The position numbers and the translations under genes were made by a program. A stretch of 64,000 bases of DNA from Nitrospirota bacterium (lineage in GTDB: Bacteria > Nitrospirota > UBA9217): assembly GCA_963749655.1 (NCBI GenBank), contig CAVVOB010000019.1:113643-177642 (forward strand), in the 5' to 3' direction. Positions 17,654 through 27,974 of this stretch are shown here, one piece after another (positions within the stretch are counted from its first letter, which is position 1; every line of letters begins with the position of its first letter). The notes under the pieces are model-generated. The model saw only the letters and a list, made by a program, of their open reading frames with translations, was not told the origin of the DNA and ran no database searches.

Positions 17654-19615
17654 TTACCAATTCACGAGCCCCACGATTTTTCGCATCATAATGATAACAT
17701 CTCCGATGTCGACCTTGCCGTCGGGTGCAGGTTTTCCGTCCGGCCCGAGCGGCGCCACATCGCAGCGCCTGAGCATTACGGGATCCGTGATCAGCTCCAT
17801 GCCCAGGGCATGTTTCAGGGCAATAATGACATCCGATAGGTCAACGGTGCCCGAATCGTTTGTATCACCCAGCTTTGCGTATACGATGTTTCGCTGTGCT
17901 GAAGCACTGTTCCCGGCCTCGTCCGTGGCTGTCACGATGACCACATGAGTGCCTTCCGCGGCAAAAGAGATGGTACTGCTGAAAGACCCCGCAGTCAGAG
18001 TCAATGCTGAAATAACGCCGTCGACCGACATGACCGCCGTGGCGGGAGTCAAAGAATCAGTGACCGTGCCTGTGATCGTAATGGTCGGCTGGGATACGGC
18101 GATATCGTGGCCCGGCGACGTTATCGAGACGCTCGGGAGCGTCGGATCGAACGTGACCGTACGTTTTCCTGATGATGCATTGCCGGCCAGGTCCGTAGCC
18201 TTGACGTCAATCGTATTCATCCCGTTGACCAGGGTCACTGCAGTCGAGAACGTCGCGCCGCTCATGACGGCTGTCTGCGTTGCTCCGCTGTTCAGGGCCA
18301 CGGTGACCGTCGCGGTCTCGTCCACGGTCCCGGTGACCGTTGAGACGGGCTGGTTCGTCGTGCTGTTGTCCGCCGGAGACAGTATCGTGAGCGTCGGCGC
18401 TTTCTGATCCAAGGTGATCTTCCGGACGTCCGTGCTCGTGTTCCCTGCGGCGTCGGTGGCAACGGCGGTGATTGTATTCGTGCCCGCGCTCAGGACCATG
18501 GCATAGCTGAAGGTCGAGTCGGGGTTCACGGTAACGGTAACCTCGCTGATCACGAGGCTCTGGACCGTCATGTTGTCCGTGACCGTTCCGCTGATGTTCA
18601 GGACCGGATCGTTCGTTGTGCTGCTGTCCGGGAGGGTCGAAAGAACGAGCGTCGGCAATGCAGTATCGTTAAACGTCGCCGATGCCGTTATCGGTGTTGC
18701 TGTCATGGTCACTGTACAGGCGCCCGTACCAGTGCACGCCCCGCCCCAGCCGGAGAAGACGGATCCGTTGGTCGCGGCGGGAGTAAGCGTAACCTGCGTG
18801 CCGGCCACGAAACCGCCGGAGCAGACCGTGCCGCAGTTTATGCCTGCCGGCGCGCTGGTGATCGTTCCCGTGCCGGTGCCGGATGTTGTCACGGAGAGGC
18901 TATAGACACTGACGCCGAAGCTCGCGCTGATCGAGTGGTTCGCGCTGACGTTCGTGAAAGGATACGTGCTCGGCGCTCCGACGGACGATCCGTCCACGAT
19001 CACGCCCGTAATGCTGTATCCTGGTGACGGCGCAATAACGCAGGTACTTGTGTCACCCGGGGTAACCGGATTCGGCGTGCACGTTATTGTTCCGCTTCCG
19101 GCAGAAACTGCGGTTGATATCGAGTACGCGTTCGGATTGAATTCCGCAGTCACTGCCGCGTCCGCATTCATGATGATGGTGCAGGAGCCGGCGCCGCTGC
19201 ACGCGCCTGACCAGCCGGTGAAGTCGGAATTCGCTCCCGCTGCCGCGGTCAGGGTCACCGTCGCGCCTTCGGCGTAGTACGCAGTGCCGGTGCTCCCGGT
19301 CCAGAGGATCGATCCGCTGTCCGGGGATACCGTGCCCGTGCCGGCCCCCGCTAGGGTCACCAGCAGGTTGCGAAGGTCGGCTTCCTTACTGAGATAGCCG
19401 CCGCTGTTGGTATAGTTCGCGCTCGAAGAAGTCCCGCCGTCAACTGATTGTCCGAAGGTCGCATAGTTGCTGTAGTTCGCGGAAGCCGAGTCCCCCCCGC
19501 CGCTCGAAATCACATCGTCATCAATACGGTAGCTCGCGCTGGACATACCGTATGCGTGGCCTGTGAGCAGAACGGCAACGCAGCAGGCAAGTATGGTTGA
19601 TCTGATCTTTTTCAT
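17654..19615 (-). CDS. Secreted Ig/InlB-B-repeat stalk protein with C-terminal dockerin-like domain
   Basis: Signal peptide; SANY/GGG N-domain; FTGWSGACSG B-repeats; ATDAAGN Ig repeats; GDTNDSGTVDLSD...DGKVDIGD duplicated Ca-binding loops. Confidence 0.85.
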   Translation of the reverse strand: MKKIRSTILACCVAVLLTGHAYGMSSASYRIDDDVISSGGGDSASANYSNYATFGQSVDGGTSSSANYTNSGGYLSKEADLRNLLVTLAGAGTGTVSPDSGSILWTGSTGTAYYAEGATVTLTAAAGANSDFTGWSGACSGAGSCTIIMNADAAVTAEFNPNAYSISTAVSAGSGTITCTPNPVTPGDTSTCVIAPSPGYSITGVIVDGSSVGAPSTYPFTNVSANHSISASFGVSVYSLSVTTSGTGTGTITSAPAGINCGTVCSGGFVAGTQVTLTPAATNGSVFSGWGGACTGTGACTVTMTATPITASATFNDTALPTLVLSTLPDSSTTNDPVLNISGTVTDNMTVQSLVISEVTVTVNPDSTFSYAMVLSAGTNTITAVATDAAGNTSTDVRKITLDQKAPTLTILSPADNSTTNQPVSTVTGTVDETATVTVALNSGATQTAVMSGATFSTAVTLVNGMNTIDVKATDLAGNASSGKRTVTFDPTLPSVSITSPGHDIAVSQPTITITGTVTDSLTPATAVMSVDGVISALTLTAGSFSSTISFAAEGTHVVIVTATDEAGNSASAQRNIVYAKLGDTNDSGTVDLSDVIIALKHALGMELITDPVMLRRCDVAPLGPDGKPAPDGKVDIGDVIIMMRKIVGLVNW

Positions 19616-19643
19616 GGCAATACCCCCGTTCGTTGACACTGCT

Positions 19644-22104
19644 TTACCGCGCTGCGCATGCTTCTGTATGGAGACACGCCCCCTGCTCCTGCTTCAGGTT
19701 TATTCTGTTCAACAGGAATCCGGTGAGCCTCGGCATAAGCGTCCTTTCTTATGCCTGTCACCTGCCAGGAGACAATCGTCCTCGGAATACTGGTACGAAT
19801 CATGAATGTGTTGCCCGCAATGCCTTTCACGACTTTGGCAAGTGCGAATTCCCCGCTGCCTGTTTCATCCACGATCGTGAGTTGATATCTGAAATCCTTG
19901 TTCAATGCCTCGAACCACTCGGGAAGCACAACGGTTGCGTACCCCTGATCATCTGTCGTTGCCAAACCGTTATAGATGTTCATCATGTCCGGCGATTCGA
20001 CAAAGGAGTGGTAGAGATACTCTTGTTCTTCGGATCGAGCGGGTGGTCGATCTTGAACGAGCCCCCGCCCTTATTGAGCATGCCTTCCACCGTCATGTCC
20101 CCGGTGACGATCACTTGACTGCCGAATGCCCCGCCGAACCTTACCTGAGCAGCATTGATGCCGAGCGTGCCCCAGGTGCTGGTGTCATAATCGTATGCCT
20201 GTATGAGCCCGCTGTTATATAAGCTGTCGTAATTCATCTCGATCCCGCTTCCGGTCGAAGGCGAGGTCGGACTCGGAGTTCCGTGAACGCGGAAGGTGTT
20301 CGCGACATCGAGGGTCGCACCCGGTGTTGTGGTGCCGATGCCGACGTTGCCGCCGGAAACAACAAGCTGGTTCGTTCCGATTGCCAGTCCATTCGTCGGT
20401 AAATTGAGCGCGCCGGTCATGGTATCGCCCGCTTTACTGACCACGTTCATCCCTGACAGATTGATGTTGGTCAAGCCCGAGCCGTCGCCGCTAAACCCAG
20501 CTGCCCGTAATCACTCCGCTCGAAATTAGGCCGTTTACAGTCAGCGCGCCGGTCATGATGTCGCCGGCTTTGCTCACCACGCCGGAGAGATCCAATTTTG
20601 CCGCCGAGATCGGACCGGTTATCTTCGCGTCGGTCACTGCTCCGTCTGCTAACTGCGCAGTGCCTACGGCCCCGTCAACTAGCTGCTCGCTGCCCACGCT
20701 CTTAACACCAAGGATTGCCCCCGCGTTAGACAACTTCTGCACATTATTATCTAAAGAATTTATAACCCACATGTTTGTGCCGTCAAACGCGAGGGCTGAG
20801 GGTCCGCGTCCGACAGGAATCGAGCTGCTCGCGGCCCCGGTAGACGGATTGATCTTTTGCACGCTGTTGCCGGCATAATTCGCCACCCATATGCTCGTGC
20901 CGTCATACGCCAGCGCTGCGGGACTAGAGAAACCGTTGATGGTCAGCAAAACCACGCCTGTCACGATGTCGATTTTTTGAACACTGTTGCTGCCCGAATT
21001 CGCCACCCACATGCTCGTGCCGTCAGACGCGAGCGCGGAGGGATTAATGCCGACAGAGATGGTAGTGACCACTGTCTCGCTAATCACATCAATCTTTTGC
21101 ACACTGTTACTGCCGGAATTCGCCACCCACATACCTTCGCCGCCGTCGTACGCCAGCGCGGAAGGATTAATGCCGACGAATATCGGGCCACCGAAAGATC
21201 CAGTAGCACAGCGACCGTAACCTGGTGGACACGCGCCGAGATTTCTCTGCACTGTATTGCTGCCATAGTTTGCCACCCACACGCCCCAAGCGTCACTGGC
21301 AAGAGCTTTAGGCCCTGATCCAACTGGAACTGTTTGCTGAACCTTTTCCTCTAAAAGATTCGTGGAAGGATTTCTTCGCGTGAAGATTTGCTGCACGGTA
21401 TTGCTGCTATAATTTGCTACCCACTGAGCGTTGCCTTCAACGCTGCCGTCAAAAGCTAAAGCTGAGGGATGCGAGCTAACAGTAAATTGGCTTATTAGTG
21501 CACCAGTGGACGGATTGAGCTTCAGTACCGTATCGTCTCCCGAATTTGCAACCCACATACTGCCACCGTCAAACGCTAGGGCGACGGGCGTGGACCCTAC
21601 AGCATAGGTGCTGCTTATGCTGTTTACCGCGCCCCACTGCAAAGTCGCAATTTGCATTGTTGTTGCCTTCGGAACGGTTGTGTTAAGGTACCGTGCATCG
21701 AGCGTCATTGTCAGCGAACTGCTGAGGTTGTCGACCTCTATTGCGCGAAAGGCATAAGGGGCTGTTGTCAACAGCTGCCGAGGCACCATCTCCTCGTCCG
21801 TGCCCACGGTCACGCCAAGGTAATACTGCGCGTCGAAAGACAGATTAATCGGCGTCACGCTGCCGAGCACCACGCTGTACTTTCCCGCGCTCACGGTCAC
21901 GGTCGGATGCGTTTCTATCCAGAGCGCGGGGGTAAGCGTGTCCGTTTCTGAACTGTAGAGTTTGAACGTCATAGAGACCGCTCCGTTCACAGGCCCTCCC
22001 GCGGACTTAAGCATGCCCTGGTAGTTAATGGTCTGCGGCGGCGCAGGGTAAGCCGCAGTCGCGCACAACAGTACGATCATCAATCCGATCAACTTCGTAT
22101 TCAT
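19644..22104 (-). CDS. Secreted phage-fibre-like protein A (frameshifts near 20495, 20025 and 19685)
   Basis: GAGGAGG RBS, MNTKLIGL signal peptide, PQTINYQG...APYAF N-domain, ALAFDGxSMWVAN propeller repeats, SKAGDTMTGAL neck, GNVGIGTTTP, C-terminal GGGSFKIDHPLDP..HSFVESPD domain. Confidence 0.8.
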
Positions 22105-22825
22105 AACGCCCTCCTCATCATTTTCACATCTTTTCGGAGCAGTTTCATACGCATCCCGATGAAGATAGGTCCCGCGCTCGCCCGCCGGCTTGTCCTCTTC
22201 CACCGGTATCCGGTGTTTTTCCGCATAGGGATCCTTGCGGATGCCGGTCACCTGCCAGGAGACCTTCATGTTCGGAACGTCCGTCTCAATGACGAACCTG
22301 TTATTCACTATCTCTTCTGCAATTCGCGCTCTTGCCCATGATCCGCTGCCGACAATCGTCAATTGATACCGGAAGTCCCGGTTCAATGCTTCGAACCATT
22401 CGGGCATGACCACCGTTGCGAAACCCCGGTCATCGGTCGTTACAACCCCGTCGTAGATGTTCTTCATGTCCGGCGACTCTACAAAGGAGTGGTAGAGATA
22501 TTTGTTCTTCGGGTCGAGCGGATGGTCGATCTTGAACGAGCCGCCGCCTTTATTCAGCATCCCCTCCACCGTCATGTCTCCGGTAACGATCACTTGACTT
22601 CCGAATGCCCCCCCGAACCTTACCTGCGCTGCATTGATGCCGAGTGTGCCCCAGGTGCTGGTGTCATAATCGTATGCCTGTATGATCCCGTTGTTATATG
22701 AGCTGTCGTAGTTCATCTCGATCCCGCTTCCGGTTGCAGGCGAGGTCGGACCCGGGGTGCCGAGAACCCGGAACGTGTTCGCAACATCGAGGGTCGCACC
22801 CGGCGTAGTCGTGCCGATGCCGACC
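19983..22825. repeat. Direct repeat of about 360 bp (19983-20345 vs 22465-22825)
   Basis: Near-identical DNA with mostly synonymous differences; encodes VGIGTTTPGATLDV...HSFVESPDM. Confidence 0.9.
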
Positions 22826-25800
22826 TTGACCGCATTTGCGCCTGTGCCGCCGAGCACCAGGCTGTTGCTCGCGCCGACGATGGCATTCGCGCCGATGGCC
22901 GTGGCATTGGTCAGGCTGCTTGAGGCGACATTTGCATTCGCTCCGATTGCGGTATTATTGAAACCTTCTACATTGGCTGTGAGAGCGCTGCTTCCGATGC
23001 CGGTATTATTGCTGCTGGTTACTGTAGAGGCGAGTGCATTAAAGCCGGCTGCAGTGTTGCCGAAACCCGAAGTGTTTGCCGACAACGCATGGGGACCGAT
23101 GCTGGTGTTCTGTTGCCCTGATGTGTTGAAGAGGGCGCATGCGAGCCCACGCCTGTTCTCCCCACCGGTCAGGGACTGGTTCCCTGCGCCGATGCCGGCA
23201 AAAAAGTTATGCAATCCGAACGTATGGATCAGGGAGCCTGTTCCCTGCCGGATCAGTCCGCCGACCTCGGTTGTGGGATAGGTGAGCGTCAGCACCGGCA
23301 CTGTGAGGTTCCCGGTCATCGTGTCGCCTGTTTTGCTCACCGCGTTCGTACCTGACAGGTTGATGTTGGTCAGGCCCGAGCCGTCGCCGCTGAACCCGGC
23401 TGCCGTGACCGTGCCGCTCGATGCCAGACCGCTCACGTTCACGGTTCCCGCGATATACGCCTGGGTCTGTCCGCTGCCGATCCTCGTGACATTCGATTCA
23501 CCGGCCACGCCGAGAACGTTCGAGCCGATATATATATTGTTATATCCGGTTGTTTGATTGTATCCGGCATGATAGCCCAGAGCGACATTCCCACTTCCTG
23601 TCGTTTGTGAAAGAAGTGCCCATCGTCCTATTGCCGTATTATTCGAACCAGATTGGTTGTAATACATAGCGGACTCCCCGATCGCTGTATTTCGTGTGCC
23701 GGAATTAAAATACATCACGTTGTATCCAATTGCGGTAGTATCATCTGTATTGCCGAGAAAGAGCGCCATGGAGCCAACAGCAGTATTGTGTACACCGCTA
23801 CCTCTTGAATGCGCCCGATACCCTATCGCTGTGTTATTACCCGAAGTAGGATCATTAGTTTCTTGCGTGAGAGCCTCGTAACCAATGGCGGTATTATTAT
23901 TGCTTACCGTGTTCCTCATAAGGGCGCTGTCGCCTAATGCCGTGTTATAGGCTCCGGTCGTGTTATTCGTCAGTGCATTTAGACCTATAGCCGTATTGCT
24001 TCCATCGCCATGTGTCTCAGGTTGCCAGCTCCCGGACCTACAAAGAAATTATTATTTCCAAAACCATAAGTCTGGAAAGTATTTGTGGTATGGATAAGGG
24101 TCGTAGCTCCTGAATAGATTATCCCCATGGTACTTGTCCCAGAGGAAAGAATGAGGTTGCCGGGAATTGTCACGTTCGCATTGACGTCCCACATCAGCGC
24201 CGCTTGTTGGCCCCTTCCCCCTCCTGTTGTGCCGAGAACGCCGCCTGTATCCCCATAGAGAGCGGGACCGTTCACATTAGCACCAGCAAATAGCTTCCCC
24301 GTGCCATACCAGCCCAATCCGTGATTACGATCTGCCCGCAAGTAGACATCAGCATCGTTTATCCGGATGTTTCCATTGACATCAAGCCTTTCAATCGGCG
24401 TCGCGGTCCCGATTCCGACGTTGCCGCCCGAAGCAACAAGCTGGTTCGTCCCGATTGCCAGTCCATTTGCCGGCAAGGTGAGCGCGCCGGTCATGGTATC
24501 GCCGGATTTACTCACGACGCCTGTGAGGTCCAGTTTTGCAGCCGAAATCGGTCCGGTTATCTTTGCGTCGGTCACGGCACCGTCGGCCAACTCGGTGCTG
24601 CCCACAGCAGGTCGTGTCTAGCATGCCCACAGCCCCGCTCACAATATAGTCGCTGCCGACTGTCCGCGCCAACAGGCACGCCTGCGTTTGCCAATTTCTT
24701 CACCGTGTTGCTGAAGTGCTCGCCGCCGGACGTTGGTGCCGTCAAAGGCGATCACGCTCGGAGCAATCCCGGAAATGATTAGCTCGAAGACCATAGAGAC
24801 ATTGAGATTATAAATTCTTCATATTCAAATTCCCCAACCCACCAGTTTGTTCCGTCAAAAGCTAGTCCAACAGGGCCGATTTAATCCGTCAAATCCAGAG
24901 TCCATCGTGTCATCGTGACAGGATCAATCTTGTATAGCTTACCATATATCATTTGTGCCCCTGGTCCAGGTGCTGAGCCCACTCAGACTGAACCTATTGA
25001 ACATATCCCCAGATGTTTGTTCCGTGGAACGAGTTACAGGAGTCTGGATCGTGGAGGATTAAAGAGAGTCATTGTTTTGCTCGCGTTGTTAGGTTGTCGA
25101 TCATTGTTTGCATCCAGACCCGGATGTGTCCGTTCCATAGAAGACGAGGGCGTAGGATTTCGTGCTGCTGATCGTTCTCTCGACCGCGTTGGTAGAAATA
25201 GTGATCTTCTGCACGTTATTACCCCCGGTATTTGCCGCCCACATGCTCGTACCGTCAAATACAAGGGCCACGGGATTAGCACTAACCGTGGCTGTGCTTG
25301 ACGATCCCGACGATTCAGAGGATTGATCTTCGTCGGCTGTTGCTGCCGTCATTCGCCGCCCAGATGCTTGTGCCGTCAAAGGCGGGGCTTCAGGATTGGC
25401 GCCAACAGCAATCGTACTTTCAACTGCACTCGTGGCTGCATTGATCTTCTGCACAGTATTATCGCCGCTATTGGCCACCCACATGCTCGTGCCATCAAAA
25501 GCAGTGCTGCGGCTGACTGCCAAATCCGGATTTATATACTTCCGCTGCTTACCACGCCCCATTGCAAAGTCGCAATCTGCAAGGTTGTTGCTTTCGGAAC
25601 ATTATGTTAAGGTACCGTGCGTCGAGCGTCATTGTCGGCCGGAACTGCTGAGGTTGTCGCCCTGCTGTTGCGCGGAAGGGCGTGGGCGGTGCGTCGGCCG
25701 CTGCCGAGGCACCATCTCCTCGTCCGTGCCCACGGCCACGCCGAGGTAATACTGCGCGTCGAAGGGCGGATTGATCGGCGTTACGCTGCCAGGACGACGC

Positions 25801-26029
25801 TGTACTTTCCCGCGCTCACGGTCACGGTCCGATCCGATACGATCCACAGCGCCGGTTTCGCGTGTCCGTTTCTGAACTGTGGAGTTTGAAGGTCATAGAG
25901 ACCACTCCGTTACACACGCCCTCCCACGGACTTGAGCATGCCCTGGTAGTTAATGGTCTACGGCGCACAGGATAAGCCGCAGTCGCGCCGAACAGCGCGA
26001 CCGTCGAACCCGATCAGCATCCTGTTCAT
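22124..26029 (-). CDS. Secreted phage-fibre-like protein B (heavily frameshifted at 24600-26000)
   Basis: The 5' end (25555-26040) is paralogous to 21640-22115; propeller, neck repeats, NTAIG-x-AL beta-roll repeats and the same C-terminal domain as A. Confidence 0.75.
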
Positions 26030-26039
26030 AACGCCCTTC

Positions 26040-26225
26040 CTAATAGCTTTTACCACATCTTTTCGCCGAGAGCTGTTTAGTTTACGCATCCCGATGGAGA
26101 TAGGTCCCGCGCTCGCTCCGGGGCTTACCGCTCCACCGGATGCCGCTGTTTTACGGCATAGGTCTTCATGGATGCCAGTTACCTGCCTGGAGACCTTCAT
26201 GTTCGGAACGTCCGTCTCAATGACA
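26040..26225 (-). pseudogene. 3' remnant of a third fibre gene
   Basis: Encodes VIETDVPNMKVSRQVTGI...ERGTYLHRDA, matching 22130-22295. Confidence 0.75.
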
Positions 26226-27897
26226 GTAAGACAGCAGACCTCGCAGCTGAACCGAACGTCTGAAGTCCCGGCAATGCAATCAGAACTTAGCACCTTCGTC
26301 GTGAGCACCGGGTCCGCTGTCACCGATTCATCGAGGCCGATGCTGTTGGCATCGGAGCCCCATGCCGGAGCCCGTCCCGTCACTACTGACTGCGATCGAA
26401 TGCGCTTCACCAGTGGAAGAACCCCCACGATCTGGTCGGCCCGAGCGCCTGGACCAGGTAGAGTTGCAGATACGACATGTCGGTTTACCAGTCGCAGTTC
26501 ACGGTGCTGCCGGTCGTGCCGTCCCCGAGCACCCCGAAGTTGTTGCCCAGCCCCGGACCGTTCCATCGTTCTTGAGCGCCAGCGCATACACTTCCGAGGC
26601 GGTCCGATCCTGTCCGTCACGACGCTCACCCGCGCCTGAAAAGGTCGAGCAGCCTGGCAGCAGCGACACGAGCGCCGAGGTCGGGATCGAATGTGCTCGT
26701 GGCGCCGCAGGTGTGCCGTTGCCGAACACGCCCGAATTGTTCCAGCCCCAGCCAGCACGTTGCCGCTGTTGTTCACGGCCACACCGGAGGGCGTATCCTG
26801 CCGCGATGGAGGTGATGTTCGAGTCCATGGAGCTGAACAGCGTTGCCGCGTCGTCGAAGCACTCCGCACCGCAGGCGCCCGCCACGTTGTCGTCGGCAGG
26901 TTCATAATCCCGATCGCATCCCCAGCCCAGGACCGTGCCGTCGCTCTTGAGCGCCGAGGCCCCCCATCGAACCCTGATCGTCGTCTCCGGCCACAATAGC
27001 GATCACGTTTGTCTGACCCGACACTTTAACCGGGTGCGTACTGTCGGTTTCGTTTCCATCACCCAGCTCTCCCGACCACGTTATCCCCCCACGCATAAAC
27101 CGTCCCGTCGCTTGCGAGGGCAAGGCTGTGATAGCTGCCTGCGGCGACAGCAGAGATGGTGACGCCGGTCGAGCGCCCAGCATACTCACGAGGACCGGCG
27201 TCATACTGGCCGTCGCGGTCCCGTCCCCCAGCTCACCGTAGAAATTCTGTCCCCAGGCATAGATCTTGTTGTCTGCATCAACAGCCAGCGTGTGTTCTTC
27301 GCCGGTTACGATCATTTTGATCACCGTGGATGCTGGTATGGAAACCATCGCCGGTATCGGGTCTGAACATGACGAGGCCGATGTCCCTGCCCATGCCCAG
27401 GTTCGTATTTTCTCCCAGGACCAGTACATGCCGTCGTTCTGCAGGGCTACGTTATGAGGCCTCCGGCCTTGATGTCCAGGTTCGTCTTTCCTTGTGAAGG
27501 TCCACGTATACGCCGAAGCGAGCGTTTCCTGCACTGTCCCTGGCTGCAGTCGTAATCGTGTGGCTGGTAGGAGTATCATAATCCAGGCGCGAGCTTTCGG
27601 CGTGTTCGTTGCGGAGGCCGCGGCTGCGTGCCGTCGGACACCGTGCCCATCATTGGCATGCCATTCTTCGTCACTACGAAGCTTGATGCTGATCGTGCCG
27701 CTGTCCATGCCCTCACTGAAGTTTCCGCCTTAATCAGCATGACTCACGCTGTTCTTTGCGAGCTGTGCGCGGGTGAAGTCGAAAGCACTGTCGGTCCCGT
27801 CTTGTCGGGAGTTGACGTGCTGCTCCCGCTGCAACCGTGAAAACAAGAGCGACGAGCTAAACACGGATGACATCAGATAGTACGATAAGCTTTTCAT
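26226..27897 (-). CDS. Exported Ig-like + RCC1-repeat protein (multiple frameshifts, 3' end uncertain)
   Basis: GPTVLSTSPA Ig start; TGEEHTLAVDADNKIYAWGQNFYGELGDG, ALKSDGTV, ALKNDGTVRGW; AGGAGA RBS before ATG 27897. Confidence 0.7.
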
Positions 27898-27974
27898 ATC
27901 TCTTTCTCCTCTCTGCGTTCTGAATCGGATACCGGCGCCGCTGGGCGCCGGTGAGCTGTTTATTGATAGTTGCC

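Noticed and set aside
19983-22825. Diversity-generating retroelement TR/VR pair
   Set aside because: Differences are mostly synonymous and not adenine-specific, and no reverse transcriptase is present in the window.
20491-23919. 1142-aa ORF as a single protein or a readthrough polyprotein
   Set aside because: An internal GAGGAGG RBS, ATG 22104 and a signal peptide are mirrored at the paralogous start 26029. One missing base near 22135 explains the loss of the TGA at 22124.
19644-26225. Prophage or tailocin
   Set aside because: No capsid, terminase, baseplate, sheath, lysis or integrase genes, and the fibres have Sec signal peptides.
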